NCBI GenBank assembly: GCA_035700865.1 | Contig: DASSOH010000008.1 | Location: 1-54,869 of the forward strand | Reading direction: 5' to 3' | DNA from: Candidatus Limnocylindria bacterium | Lineage (GTDB): Bacteria; Chloroflexota; Limnocylindria; QHBO01 | Length of the DNA: 54,869 bases | Part shown: positions 16,283-26,198 of the stretch, in pieces | Layout of the letters: every line of letters begins with the position of its first letter | Numbering within the stretch: the stretch's first letter is position 1 | Notes under the pieces: model-generated | The model's database searches: none | What the model saw: the letters and a program-made list of their open reading frames with translations, nothing else | Told to the model about the DNA's origin: nothing | Position numbers and translations under genes: made by a program

Positions 16283-17184
16283 CGGTCCTCCGGCTCGGGA
16301 GTGCGCAGCCGTGTGGCGGCGGCCGGCAACAGCGCCGCGATGTCGCGCGCCAGCACGCCGGCCCGCCCGATGCGCGCCTCCGCCAGCATGCCGGCGGTGC
16401 CGTGCAGCGCGACGCCGCACACCGCCGCCTCGAATGGCTGGACGCCCGCCGCCAGCAGCGCACCGATCGCCCCGGCCAGTACGTCCCCGCTCCCCGCGGT
16501 CGCCAGCGCCGGCGTGGCGATGGCCGAGGTCATGGCGCGACCGTCGGGGGCCGCGATGACCGTCGCGGCGCCCTTCAGCACCACCACCTGCCGGAATCGC
16601 GCGGCCGCCACCGCGGCGGCCGTGGCGCGCCCCTCGTCGTCGCCCGGGTCCATGACCTCGGTCCCGGTGAGCCGCGCGAATTCCCCGGGGTGCGGCGTGA
16701 GCACCAGGCTGCCGCGCACGCCCTCCCACCAGCGCGGGACGGTGGCCAGCGCGTTGAGACCGTCCGCGTCGACGACGCAGGGACGGTGGACCGCCTCGAT
16801 CAGCTGTCGCGCGCGTCGCTGCCCGGCCGGCTGACGGCCGAGGCCGGGTCCCACCACCAGCGCGTCGCGGTCGGCGGCGGCCGCGGCGATGGTCCGCCAG
16901 CCCGACGGGGCGACCAGCCCACGGCCCTCCTCGTCCAGGGGGAGCCAGGTGAGCTCCGGCACCCCGGCCGCCAGGTGACCGACGATCGATTCGCCGATGG
17001 CCACCTCCACCAGGCCGGCGCCGGCGCGCATGGCGCCGAGCCCGCTCAGCAGGGCCGCACCTGGATAGCTGAAGGACCCGGCCACGACCAGCACCGAGCC
17101 GAAGGTGCCCTTGTGCGCCCGGTCGGACCGATCCGGCAGGTGGTCGACGAGCCAGCGCGCGGTGATCGGGGTGGCGGAGGCCAT
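16279..17184 (-). CDS. nnrD: ADP-dependent NAD(P)H-hydrate dehydratase (YjeF C-terminal/carbohydrate-kinase domain only)
   Basis: HKGTFGSVLVVAGS, LTPHPGEFARL and ATAGSGDVLAG motifs. Confidence 0.88.
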   Translation of the reverse strand: MASATPITARWLVDHLPDRSDRAHKGTFGSVLVVAGSFSYPGAALLSGLGAMRAGAGLVEVAIGESIVGHLAAGVPELTWLPLDEEGRGLVAPSGWRTIAAAAADRDALVVGPGLGRQPAGQRRARQLIEAVHRPCVVDADGLNALATVPRWWEGVRGSLVLTPHPGEFARLTGTEVMDPGDDEGRATAAAVAAARFRQVVVLKGAATVIAAPDGRAMTSAIATPALATAGSGDVLAGAIGALLAAGVQPFEAAVCGVALHGTAGMLAEARIGRAGVLARDIAALLPAAATRLRTPEPEDR

Positions 17185-17193
17185 GGGATGCGC

Positions 17194-17571
17194 TCAGTCG
17201 TGCCGGCGGTGCGCAACGGCCACCGCGACGGCGAGGTGCCGCTCGTGGGAGATGGAGACGGTGACCTCATCCAGGTCGAGGTCCTGCGCGCGGCGCGCGG
17301 CGCGGCCGTGGAGGCTGACCTGCGGCGCGCCGGCACGGTTCGGCAGGATCTCGATCTCACGCCAGCCGACGCCACGCACCCCGAGGCCCAGCACCTTGCT
17401 GATCGCCTCCTTCGCCGCCCAGCGCCCGGCGATACGGTGCGGCTTGCGGCCGCAGTAGCGCTGCTCGGGCTCGGTCAGGACGCGCAGCCGGAAGCGGTCG
17501 GGGAAGCGTCCCAGCACCGTGACGATGCGGTCGATGTCGATCAGGTCGATCCCGATGTCGTGCCGGCTCAT
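17194..17571 (-). CDS. acpS: holo-[acyl-carrier-protein] synthase
   Basis: 125 aa with IGIDLIDIDRI, WAAKEAISKVLG and SISHE motifs. Confidence 0.9.
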   Translation of the reverse strand: MSRHDIGIDLIDIDRIVTVLGRFPDRFRLRVLTEPEQRYCGRKPHRIAGRWAAKEAISKVLGLGVRGVGWREIEILPNRAGAPQVSLHGRAARRAQDLDLDEVTVSISHERHLAVAVAVAHRRHD

Positions 17572-17605
17572 CGCCGTGCAGCGTACCCGACTCCGCGCGT
17601 CTCCC

Positions 17606-19435
17606 CTACTCGACCGTCACCGATTTGGCGAGGTTGCGCGGCTGGTCGACGTCCGTGCCGCGGGCGACAGCGATCTCGTAGGCGAGCAGCTGCAGCGGCA
17701 GCACCGCGATCACCGGGCTGATCGCCTCCGGCGTCTCCGGGACGTGGAGCACGTCCTGCGCGTAGTGGTCGATGTGGTCGTCGCCCTCGGTCGCGATGGC
17801 GATGATCGGCGCCGAGCGTGCCCGCGCCTCGGCCACGTTGCTGACCACCTTCTCGTACAGCGACCCCTTGGTGGCGATCGCCACCAGCGGCGTCTCGGGA
17901 TCGAGCAGCGCGATCGGACCGTGCTTCAGCTCGCCGGCGGCGTAGCCTTCGGCGTGGACGTAGCTCAGCTCCTTGAGCTTGAGGGCGCCCTCCATGGCGA
18001 TCGGGAAGCCCAGTCCACGGCCGATGTAGATGAAGTCGCGCACGTTCGCGTAGCGGCGGGCGAGCTTCTTGATCTGCGGACCCAGCTTCAGCGTCTCCGC
18101 CGCCAGGCGCGGCAGCGTGCGCAGCGCCTGTCCGAGGACGCGCGCGCGGTGCTCCGGCATCCGGCCGCGCAGCTCGGCGACCTGCATCGCGATCATCTGG
18201 AGCACCAGCACCTGGGTGACGAACGCCTTGGTGCTGGCCACCGCGATCTCGGGACCGGCCTGCAGGTAGCAGACCGCATCCGCCCCGCGCGTGATGGCGC
18301 TGCCCACGACGTTGGTGACGACGGCGATCAGGGCGCCCTGCTCGGACGCCATCTTCAGCGGCGCCAGCGTATCGGCCGTCTCACCGGACTGGCTGACGCC
18401 GATGACCAGCGTGCGCTCGTCGATGGGCGGTGGGCTGTAGCGCATCTCGGACCCCACCTGCATGACGGCCGGGATGCCGGTCCAGTCCTGCAGCAGGTAC
18501 GCGCCGACCTGGGCGGCATAGCTGGCCGTGCCGCAGCCCACGACGTAGATGCGCTCGATCTCCCGCAGCCGATCGGCGATCGGATCGAGCTCCTCCAGGT
18601 GCACCGCGCCGTTGCCGCTCACGCGGCCACGCAGGCACTCCTGGATGGCGTGCGGCTGCTCGTAGATCTCCTTCAGCGTGAAGTGCGGGAAGCCGCCCTT
18701 CTCGGCCGCCTCGATGTTCCAGTGGATCTCGGTGACCTCGCGCTCGACCTCGGCGCCATCCAGGCCCAGGATCCGGGTCCGCTCGGGCGTGACGTCGGCG
18801 ATGTCGCCCTCGTGGAGGATGACGACGTTCTTGGTGTGCTCGAGGATGGCCGGCACGTCGCTGGCCAGGAAGCCCTCGCCGTCGCCGAGGCCCACGATCA
18901 ACGGCACGTTCATCCGTGCGCCGACGATGCGGTCGGGATGGTCGGTGTGCATCACGCCGATGGCGTAGGCGCCCCGCACCTCCCCCAGCGCAACTCGCAC
19001 GGCCTCGACCAGGTCGCCCGAGTACTTCTCCTCGATCAGGTGCGCGAGCACCTCGGTGTCCGTGTCGGAGGTGAACCGATGCCCGCCGGCGGCGAGGCGC
19101 TTCTTCAGCTCGCTGTAGTTCTCGATGATCCCGTTGTGGATCAGCGCCAGCTTGCCGGTGCAGTCGACGTGCGGGTGCGCGTTCGTGTCGTTCGGCGGCC
19201 CGTGGGTCGCCCAGCGCGTGTGACCGATGCCGGGATGCCCGGCCGGGGCGTCGCCGTTGAGGTGCTCGGTCAGGTTGGTCAGCTTGCCGGCCTTCTTCTC
19301 GAGGAAGACGTTGCCCGACTCGGTGAGGACGGCGATCCCGGCCGAGTCGTAGCCGCGGTACTCGAGGCGGCGGAGGCCCTCGAGCAGGATCGGCGCCGCG
19401 TCACGCGGTCCGACGTACCCGACGATGCCGCACAT
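17606..19435 (-). CDS. glmS: glutamine--fructose-6-phosphate aminotransferase (isomerising)
   Basis: MCGIVGYVG N-terminal nucleophile, two SIS domains and a C-terminal ...AKSVTVE. GAGGAGG SD upstream. Confidence 0.97.
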   Translation of the reverse strand: MCGIVGYVGPRDAAPILLEGLRRLEYRGYDSAGIAVLTESGNVFLEKKAGKLTNLTEHLNGDAPAGHPGIGHTRWATHGPPNDTNAHPHVDCTGKLALIHNGIIENYSELKKRLAAGGHRFTSDTDTEVLAHLIEEKYSGDLVEAVRVALGEVRGAYAIGVMHTDHPDRIVGARMNVPLIVGLGDGEGFLASDVPAILEHTKNVVILHEGDIADVTPERTRILGLDGAEVEREVTEIHWNIEAAEKGGFPHFTLKEIYEQPHAIQECLRGRVSGNGAVHLEELDPIADRLREIERIYVVGCGTASYAAQVGAYLLQDWTGIPAVMQVGSEMRYSPPPIDERTLVIGVSQSGETADTLAPLKMASEQGALIAVVTNVVGSAITRGADAVCYLQAGPEIAVASTKAFVTQVLVLQMIAMQVAELRGRMPEHRARVLGQALRTLPRLAAETLKLGPQIKKLARRYANVRDFIYIGRGLGFPIAMEGALKLKELSYVHAEGYAAGELKHGPIALLDPETPLVAIATKGSLYEKVVSNVAEARARSAPIIAIATEGDDHIDHYAQDVLHVPETPEAISPVIAVLPLQLLAYEIAVARGTDVDQPRNLAKSVTVE

Positions 19436-19462
19436 GGGGAACCTCCTCGCCGGCGGCCGGCG

Positions 19463-20791
19463 CTAGTTGAGTCGTGCCTCGGCGAGCGTGGCCAGCTCGC
19501 GGGCGATGCGTTCGATCTCGTCGACATCGTCGCCCTCGACCATGATCCTGATCTTGGGCTCCGTGCCGGATGGGCGGACGAGGATCCGTCCCCGATCGGC
19601 CAGCTGCCGGATGGCGGCGCGCACGGCGTCGGCGAAGACGGCATCCGCCTCCCACTCGTCCTTGCGGCGGACGGCCGAGTTTAGCATCACCTGCGGAAGC
19701 CTCGGAATGGCCGCGGCCAGCTCGGAGAGCGGCCGACCGGCCGCGCGGACGGATCGGACCAGCTCGATGGCGGTCAGGAGGCCGTCGCCGGTGGTGGCGC
19801 GGTCGCGGAAGATGATGTGGCCGGACTGCTCGCCGCCCAGGATGCCGTCCTCGCGGTGCATCGCGTCCAGGACGTGGCGATCCCCGACCGGCGTACGAAC
19901 CACCCGGCCTCCCGCTGCGACGACGGCGCGTTCCAGGCCGCCGTTGCTCATGACGGTGGCCACCAGGACCCCGTTGCGCAGCGTGCCCTCGGCCAGGCGC
20001 TCCAGGGCGCAGATGCCCATGATCGCGTCGCCGTCCACGATCTGGCCGCGCTCGTCGATGGCGATCAGCCGGTCGGCGTCGCCGTCGAAGGCCAGACCGA
20101 GGTCCAGCCCCGCAGCAGTGACGGTCGCAGCCAGCCGTTCGGGGTGGGTCGACCCGCAGCCGTCGTTGATGTTCACGCCGTCCGGCGCATCGAACAGCAC
20201 CGTGACCTGGGCTCCAAGGGAGCGGAACAGGTCCGGCGCGATCACGCTGGCGGAGCCGTTCGCGCAGTCCACGCCGATGCGCAGGCCGGCGAACGCGTCT
20301 CCCGCCGCCTCGGCCAGGTGGCGGCGGTAGGCGTCGACGGAGCCTCGGTCCACGCGCACCCGCCCGAGCTCGTGGTTGCGCAGCGTGATGCGTGCGTCGT
20401 CGGAGTCGATGAGCGCCTCGAGCGCCGCCTCGGCCGCGTCGTCGGCCTTCACGCCGTCCAGCACGACCTTCAGGCCGTTGTCGGGCGCCGGATTGTGGGA
20501 GGCGGAGACCATGACGCCGGCCACGAACGGCCCGGCGGCGGAGGCGTGGACCAGGCACGGCGTGGTGACCACGCCCAGGTCGGCGACATCGGTGCCGGTG
20601 GCCTTCAGGCCGGCGCCGAGGGCGGCGCTCAGCATCTCGCCCGAGCGCCGGGTATCGCGACCCAGGACGACCGAGCGGCCGACGCCGCCGAACCTGGTGC
20701 CGACCGCATGCCCCAGCCGGAAGGCGAGATCGGCCGTGATCTCCGTGCCGACCTCGCCGCGGATGCCGTCGGTCCCGAATCGGTTCCCCAT
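19463..20791 (-). CDS. glmM: phosphoglucosamine mutase
   Basis: MGNRFGTDGIRG and the active-site SASHNPAPDNG. The ATG at 20789-20791 shares 1 nt with the cdaR TGA (TGATG). The upstream 91 codons of the track ORF are junk. Confidence 0.95.
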   Translation of the reverse strand: MGNRFGTDGIRGEVGTEITADLAFRLGHAVGTRFGGVGRSVVLGRDTRRSGEMLSAALGAGLKATGTDVADLGVVTTPCLVHASAAGPFVAGVMVSASHNPAPDNGLKVVLDGVKADDAAEAALEALIDSDDARITLRNHELGRVRVDRGSVDAYRRHLAEAAGDAFAGLRIGVDCANGSASVIAPDLFRSLGAQVTVLFDAPDGVNINDGCGSTHPERLAATVTAAGLDLGLAFDGDADRLIAIDERGQIVDGDAIMGICALERLAEGTLRNGVLVATVMSNGGLERAVVAAGGRVVRTPVGDRHVLDAMHREDGILGGEQSGHIIFRDRATTGDGLLTAIELVRSVRAAGRPLSELAAAIPRLPQVMLNSAVRRKDEWEADAVFADAVRAAIRQLADRGRILVRPSGTEPKIRIMVEGDDVDEIERIARELATLAEARLN

Positions 20792-22032
20792 CAGGGCGCT
20801 GGGGTCGGCGCGGGGGTCGCGGCGGCGGGCGCCACGATCTGCACCGGTACCGACGGCGGTGACACGCCCAACAGCTCCACGCCGTCGGGCAGGCCGGAGA
20901 TGGTCGGGTTGATCGTGTAGGCGCCGGGGGCCAGGCCGGCCACGTTGAGCGTCGGCGTGAGCTGCGCGGCCGTGAGGCCGCTGAGCACCTGGCCAGGGCC
21001 GCTGAGCGTGACCGAGACCTGGTCCAGGCCGGGCAGGCAGGCGTTGGCGCCGGCACCGTCGCACACCAGGCCCAGGATGAAGACGCGGCTCGAGACCGAC
21101 GGGACGATGGTGGCCGTGACGGTGACGCTGCCCTGCGTCCCATCGACCAGCTCCACGGCGTCGGGCAGGACGAGATCCACGTCGAACGTCTCGTCGGCGG
21201 AGAGCCCTCCGATGTCGATCGGCTCGGTGAGGATCTCCGTGATCGGCTCGAGGTCCTCGGGCAGGCCGCGCAGCGTGACCGTGGACGGGTCGACGCTGAT
21301 CGCCTCGAGCGCGAATCCCGGCGCCGGCGTGCCCTGGATGACGGGCCGCACGGGGATGGTGTCCGTCGTCTCCACCTGCTCGACGTTGATGGTCACCGAC
21401 ACCGACTCGGGTTGGACGTCCAGCAGCCCGCGGCCGACCGGCTGGCCCTCCACGTCGACCGGTTGCAGGCCGACCGGCTCGTTGAAGTCGATGCCCGACG
21501 CCGGGATCGAGACGTAGGCCATCACGCGGTCCACCAACGACACCACCGACGAGGGCCCGCGCACCTGCACCTCGCCGGGGTCGACCGTCGGGTCACCGAT
21601 GCGCAGGCCGCTCGGCACCGTCCCGGTGTCCACGGCGACCGGGACGCTGCGCGTCTCCACCCGGTCGAGCGAGACGCGCACGAACTTCGGGTCGATCGAG
21701 AGCACCTGGATCCCGTCGGAGGCGGTCACGGTGATCGGCAGCTCCTGCGGCGCCGGCGCCCGCTCCATGTCGTACTCGGTCAGGTCGACGCGCGCCGTGA
21801 ACGAGTCGGCCACCACGCTCTGCTGGCTGTCGCGCGCCGTCCGGTACGTGACCTCCACCAGGCCCAGGTCGCCACTGAGCACGAACACGTCGCTGGACGC
21901 GTTCTCCTGCCCGATGCGGACCTGGATCGTCGACTCGCTGAAGGAGCCCGAGAAGACCAGCCCGGTGTAGAGGACCGTCGACAGCAGCACGGCCGACAGC
22001 TTGAGATGCCAGTTGCGGATGAGCCAGCGCAT
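20791..22032 (-). CDS. cdaR: YbbR-domain protein, CdaA regulatory protein
   Basis: N-terminal TM (LKLSAVLLSTVLYTGLVF) followed by repeated YbbR-like beta modules. It holds the conserved position between cdaA and glmM. It has a Pro/Ala/Thr-rich C-terminus. Confidence 0.85.
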   Translation of the reverse strand: MRWLIRNWHLKLSAVLLSTVLYTGLVFSGSFSESTIQVRIGQENASSDVFVLSGDLGLVEVTYRTARDSQQSVVADSFTARVDLTEYDMERAPAPQELPITVTASDGIQVLSIDPKFVRVSLDRVETRSVPVAVDTGTVPSGLRIGDPTVDPGEVQVRGPSSVVSLVDRVMAYVSIPASGIDFNEPVGLQPVDVEGQPVGRGLLDVQPESVSVTINVEQVETTDTIPVRPVIQGTPAPGFALEAISVDPSTVTLRGLPEDLEPITEILTEPIDIGGLSADETFDVDLVLPDAVELVDGTQGSVTVTATIVPSVSSRVFILGLVCDGAGANACLPGLDQVSVTLSGPGQVLSGLTAAQLTPTLNVAGLAPGAYTINPTISGLPDGVELLGVSPPSVPVQIVAPAAATPAPTPAP

Positions 22033-22035
22033 CGG

Positions 22036-22971
22036 TCAGCGCCTCACCGGCCGGCCCTCGGTCCGGCTGCCCACGACGCGGGCCTCGGGGTCGATCGGCC
22101 CGGCCTCCGGCTCCTCGCCGCGCCCGATCTGCCAGCGTCCCTCGAGGGTGCGCCGCAGGAACGGGACGGCGCGGCGCGGGGCCTGCGGCCGGATCAGGTT
22201 GAAGATGCGCCGCCGCAGCTGCTCCTCGGTCAGGTTGCGCTCGATGCGACCGCGCACCACGACGCTGATGGAGCCGGTCTCCTCGCTGACCACGATGACG
22301 ACCGCATCGGTCTGCTCGCTGATGCCGATCGCCGCCCGGTGACGGGTGCCGTAGCGCTCGGAGTCCAGCACGTTCTGGCTCAGCGGCAGCAGCACGCCGG
22401 CCGAGGTGATCTTCTCGCCGGCCACGATCACCGCCCCGTCGTGCAGCGCCGTGCCACGGTAGAAGATCGTCACCAGCAGCTCCGCCCGCAGGTCGGCGTG
22501 GACCGGCACCCCGGACTCGGTGGCCAGGTCCTGGAGGCCCGTCTCGCGCTCCAGCACGATCAGCGCGCCGTGCCGCGACCCGGCCAGGATGCGCGCCGCG
22601 CGGCTGATCTCACGCGCCACCCGCTCCGCGCTGGCCACCTCCGCGCTCACGAAGAAGCGATTGACGGAGCCGATGCGCCCGATCTGCTCCAGCGCCCGAC
22701 GCAGCTCCGGCTGGAAGACGACCACGACCGCGAAGAGCCCCACCACCGCGGCCGTCTCCATCAGCCGGCGCAGGAGGTCGAGGCCGAAGAAGACGGCGGC
22801 CAGGTAGACCAGGTACAGGATCGAGAGCCCGATGACGATCCGCACCGCGCGGGTGCCGCGGATCAGGATGAACAGCCAGTAGATGACGAACGCGACGAGC
22901 GCGATGTCGATGATCGACGTCCAGCTCCCGCGCAGGTACGTATCGAAGAATTCGCGGATCGCGTCGATCAC
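22036..22971 (-). CDS. cdaA: diadenylate cyclase (c-di-AMP synthase), membrane-anchored CdaA type
   Basis: Three N-terminal TM helices, then a DAC domain with the motifs HDGAVIV, RHRAAIGISEQTDAVVIVVSEETG. GTG start at 22969-22971. Confidence 0.92.
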   Translation of the reverse strand: MIDAIREFFDTYLRGSWTSIIDIALVAFVIYWLFILIRGTRAVRIVIGLSILYLVYLAAVFFGLDLLRRLMETAAVVGLFAVVVVFQPELRRALEQIGRIGSVNRFFVSAEVASAERVAREISRAARILAGSRHGALIVLERETGLQDLATESGVPVHADLRAELLVTIFYRGTALHDGAVIVAGEKITSAGVLLPLSQNVLDSERYGTRHRAAIGISEQTDAVVIVVSEETGSISVVVRGRIERNLTEEQLRRRIFNLIRPQAPRRAVPFLRRTLEGRWQIGRGEEPEAGPIDPEARVVGSRTEGRPVRR

Positions 22972-23011
22972 AGCTGCGTCAGGCTGTCCGATACGGGGAG
23001 GGTCCCGATGA

Positions 23012-23046
23012 TACCAAAGAGCCCCGACCGATCCGGCCGGGGCTCT
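23012..23046 (-). terminator. candidate intrinsic terminator downstream of rpsI
   Basis: On the minus strand a 9-bp GC-rich stem (AGAGCCCCG / CGGGGCTCT, 23018-23046) is followed by a short TTTGGT tract. It begins 25 nt after the rpsI stop. Confidence 0.5.
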
Positions 23047-23070
23047 CGTGGTTGGGCGGGCGAGATGGGG

Positions 23071-23463
23071 TCAGCGCTTGGTGTACTGCGGCGCCTTGCG
23101 CGCGCGCTTGAGGCCGTACTTCTTGCGCTCCTTGGCCCGCGGGTCGCGGGTCAGCAGGCCGGCCTCGCGCAGCGCGGGCCGCGCGTCGGGATGCGCCGTG
23201 ACCAGCGCCCGCGCGATCCCATGCCGGATGGCGCCAATCTGGCCGGAGACGCCGCCGCCGGCGACCAGGATGCTGGCCGAGTAGCGGCCCTCGGTCTCGG
23301 TCACCCGGAACGGCAGCTGGAGCGACCCGTCGCGCAGGGTGCCGCCGAAGTACTCGCCGGCGGGCTTGCCGTTGACGACGATGCCGCCGTCGCCCGGCAG
23401 CAGGCGGACGCGCGCGACGGCGGTCTTGCGCCTGCCCGTCCCGTAGACGTAGTTCGTGCTCAC
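23071..23463 (-). CDS. rpsI: 30S ribosomal protein S9
   Basis: [13 protein letters not shown]... and a C-terminal ...RKAPQYTKR. Confidence 0.97.
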   Translation of the reverse strand: MSTNYVYGTGRRKTAVARVRLLPGDGGIVVNGKPAGEYFGGTLRDGSLQLPFRVTETEGRYSASILVAGGGVSGQIGAIRHGIARALVTAHPDARPALREAGLLTRDPRAKERKKYGLKRARKAPQYTKR

Positions 23464-23478
23464 CGATCGTCCTTCCTG

Positions 23479-23907
23479 TTACAGCTCGACAGCGGTCGGC
23501 TGCTGGGCCTGGTGCGGGTGGTCCGCGCCGCTGTACACCTTCAGCTTCTTGAACATCGCGCGACCGAGGCGGTTCTGCGGCAGCATCCCCTTGACCGCCC
23601 GCTCGATCACCAGCTCCGGCTTGCGCTCCAGGAGCGCGGAGAGGCTCTCCTCGCGCAGGCCGCCCGGGTAGTTCGAGTGGCGGACGTAGGTCTTCTGGCG
23701 CAGCTTGTCGCCGGTCACCCGGATCTTGCCCGCGTTGACGACCACCACGTGGTCGCCGGTGTCGAGGTGCGGCGAGTAGATCGGCTTGTGCTTGCCCTCC
23801 AGCAGGGTGGCGATGCGTGTCGCCAGCCGGCCGAGGGTCTGGCCGGTCGCGTCCACGACCCACCAGCTGCGCTCGATCTCGCTCGCCTTGACGGCGTAGG
23901 TCTTCAC
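23479..23907 (-). CDS. rplM: 50S ribosomal protein L13
   Basis: [30 protein letters not shown]... The GTG at 23905-23907 overlaps the truA TGA (GTGA). The rest of the 347-aa track ORF is junk. Confidence 0.95.
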   Translation of the reverse strand: MKTYAVKASEIERSWWVVDATGQTLGRLATRIATLLEGKHKPIYSPHLDTGDHVVVVNAGKIRVTGDKLRQKTYVRHSNYPGGLREESLSALLERKPELVIERAVKGMLPQNRLGRAMFKKLKVYSGADHPHQAQQPTAVEL

Positions 23908-24755
23908 GTTCCCTGCTCTCCGGTCATGCCTGTGTTGCTGCGGCTCCGCCTCGAGGCGGTGCCGGCTCGTTGTCGGTCTTCGGTTGCCATGGCTGATCCG
24001 CGGTAGACGACGCGCTCGAGCGTGAGCCCGCGCGCCGGTGCCGCGCGCCCGTCGAGGGCCCGCGCGCCGGCGGCTAGCAGCCGCTCGACGTCCTCCGGCG
24101 CCAGGCGACCTCGCCCGGCCTCCATCAGGAGCGCCACGATGCTGCGCACCATGCGTCGCAGGAACGCGTCGGCCGTCACGCGGACCTCGACGAGGCTCCC
24201 GCGACGCGTGACGCGCACCTCGGCGAGGTGCCGCACCGTCCGGCCGTGCGCATCGGCGCCGAGGGACGCGAAGTCGCGCTCCCCGACCATCCGATCCGCC
24301 GCAGCCTGCATGGCCGCGGTGTCCAGCCGGTCGTCGATCTCGAGCGTCCGATGCCGCTCCAGCGGCCGCACGTCGCCACCCATCCGCATCCGATAGCGGT
24401 AGACGCGCCACTGCGCGTCCCGCCGCGGATCGAATCCGGCGGGCGCCGCTCGGAGGGTCCGCACCGCCAGGTCGTCCGGCAGGACGGCATTGAGCCGCTT
24501 GCGGACGTCCGGCCACGTCCACTCCCGTCCGCGTCCGCGGCGCGGGAGACAGAACGCGGCCACCTGGCCGGTGGCATGCACCCCGGCGTCGGTTCGCCCG
24601 GCGAGACGGACGCGAATCCGCTCGCCGATCAGCCTGTTAAGCGCCCCCTCCAGCTCCCCCTGCACGGTCCGCGCATTCGGCTGGACCTGCGAGCCGGCGA
24701 AGGCCGTCCCGTCGTACTCGATCACCGCCATGGCACAGCGCCGGTCGGCGGTCAT
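23904..24755 (-). CDS. truA: tRNA pseudouridine(38-40) synthase
   Basis: [16 protein letters not shown] and the catalytic-Asp motif [14 protein letters not shown]. The start was taken at the ATG at 24755 (alternative ATG at 24731). It has a roughly 30-aa C-terminal extension. Confidence 0.88.
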   Translation of the reverse strand: MTADRRCAMAVIEYDGTAFAGSQVQPNARTVQGELEGALNRLIGERIRVRLAGRTDAGVHATGQVAAFCLPRRGRGREWTWPDVRKRLNAVLPDDLAVRTLRAAPAGFDPRRDAQWRVYRYRMRMGGDVRPLERHRTLEIDDRLDTAAMQAAADRMVGERDFASLGADAHGRTVRHLAEVRVTRRGSLVEVRVTADAFLRRMVRSIVALLMEAGRGRLAPEDVERLLAAGARALDGRAAPARGLTLERVVYRGSAMATEDRQRAGTASRRSRSNTGMTGEQGT

Positions 24756-24789
24756 CGGTCCGTCGGTATGTGGTTGTGCCCGCCGTCGC

Positions 24790-25143
24790 TCAGACGAGCT
24801 CGATCTGGACGATCGGCGCCGCGTCGCCGGCACGCTGGCCGAGCTTCACGATGCGCGTGAAGCCCGAGCTGCGATCGGCGTACTTGGTGGCGATCTCGCC
24901 CATCAGCTTGTCGACGATCAGCGGCTCGTGCGGCATGCGGCTCACGAGCTGCCGCCGCGCATGGAGGTCGCCCCGCTTGGCGAGCGTGATCATCCCGTCC
25001 ACGAGCCCGCGGACCTCCTTGGCCTTGGCCTCGGTGGTCTTCACCCGCTCGTAGCGGAGCACGGCGACGGCGAGGTTCGCCAGCATCGCCATGCGGTGGT
25101 CATCGGTCCGGCCGAGCTTGCGCCCGGCCACGCGGTGCGGCAT
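24790..25143 (-). CDS. rplQ: 50S ribosomal protein L17
   Basis: MPHRVAGRKLGRTDDHRMAMLANL... Confidence 0.97.
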   Translation of the reverse strand: MPHRVAGRKLGRTDDHRMAMLANLAVAVLRYERVKTTEAKAKEVRGLVDGMITLAKRGDLHARRQLVSRMPHEPLIVDKLMGEIATKYADRSSGFTRIVKLGQRAGDAAPIVQIELV

Positions 25144-25147
25144 CGAC

Positions 25148-26182
25148 TCAGGACTCCCGGTCGAGCTCGGCGGCGGCGGCCTCGTCCAGCTCGGCGCTGG
25201 CGGGGAGGTCCGACTCGTCGGTGCTCATGGACGCCTGCTCAGGGCTGATGAAGCCGCGGAGCGCGAGGCGCTCCTTGAGCTCGTCCAGGCTCTTCTGACC
25301 GAAGTTGCGCATGCGCAGGAACTCCTCGTCGCTCAGCGACAGGACCTGGCCGATCTTCGTGATCGAGTTGCGCTTGAGGCTGTTGTACGCGCGCATCGGG
25401 AGGTCGAGCTCCTCGATCGGGGCGTCGAGCAGGTTGGCGCTCGGCGCCGCCGGGACGTCCTCCGTCCCGCCGGTCGACGGCCTGCCGATCTCGGCGAAGC
25501 GGCTGAACTCGCGGACCAGGATCTCGGCCGCCTCGCTCAGCGCCGCCTGCGCCGTGGTCGTGCCGTCGGTCTCGATCTCGAGCGACAGCTTGTCGAAGTT
25601 CGTCATCTGGCCGACGCGGGTCTTCTCGACCTGGTAGTTGACCCGGCGGACCGGGGAGAAGATGGCGTCCACCGGGATGACGCCGATCGGCATCTCCTCG
25701 GTGTGCTCGGCCGGGCGGTAGCCCATGCCGGTCTCGACGGTCAGGTCCATCTCGATCGACCCGGAGTCCGAGTCGAGGGTCAGGAGCACGAGGTCGGGGT
25801 TCACGATCTCGACGTCGGCCGACTCGTTGATGTCGGCCGCGGTGACCGGCCCGGCGCCGCGCTTGACGAGCTTGAGCGTGAGCGCGTGGCGCGCGAACGA
25901 GCGCAGCCGCAGCTTCTTCACGTTCAGCACGATCTGCGTCACGTCCTCCTTGACGTTCTCGATGGTGCTGAACTCGTGGAAGACGCCGTTGATCTGGATG
26001 CTGGTGACGGCCGCGCCCTCGAGGGAGCTCAGGAGCACGCGACGCAACGCGTTGCCCAGCGTGACGCCGTAGCCCTCCTGGAGCGGAGAGACCTCGAAGC
26101 GGCTCAGGTTTCCCTCGGTCTGCACCTCGTCGATGCGCGGGGTCACCGGGGCCGGCTGCTGCGGAGTTTCGAGTTCGATCAT
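25148..26182 (-). CDS. rpoA: DNA-directed RNA polymerase subunit alpha
   Basis: GVTLGNALRRVLLSS in the N-terminal domain and a C-terminal domain with LDLPMRAYNSLKRNSI. Confidence 0.97.
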   Translation of the reverse strand: MIELETPQQPAPVTPRIDEVQTEGNLSRFEVSPLQEGYGVTLGNALRRVLLSSLEGAAVTSIQINGVFHEFSTIENVKEDVTQIVLNVKKLRLRSFARHALTLKLVKRGAGPVTAADINESADVEIVNPDLVLLTLDSDSGSIEMDLTVETGMGYRPAEHTEEMPIGVIPVDAIFSPVRRVNYQVEKTRVGQMTNFDKLSLEIETDGTTTAQAALSEAAEILVREFSRFAEIGRPSTGGTEDVPAAPSANLLDAPIEELDLPMRAYNSLKRNSITKIGQVLSLSDEEFLRMRNFGQKSLDELKERLALRGFISPEQASMSTDESDLPASAELDEAAAAELDRES

Positions 26183-26198
26183 GGGAAGGGTGTGACTC

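Noticed and set aside
8750-16729. Long N-terminal extensions of the same-strand track ORFs (8750-11362, 9778-12435, 11409-12833, 14340-16463, 15152-16729) that would imply large fused proteins.
   Set aside because: The extended parts are Arg/Gly/Pro/Ala-rich and overlap the well-behaved frame of the upstream gene. Each real gene begins at an ATG or GTG embedded in a 4-nt overlap with the preceding stop.
23007-23012. TATCAT just upstream of cdaA as a -10 element.
   Set aside because: There is no acceptable -35 at 16-18 nt; that position falls inside the terminator hairpin. The element is 35 nt from the GTG, and the evidence is insufficient.
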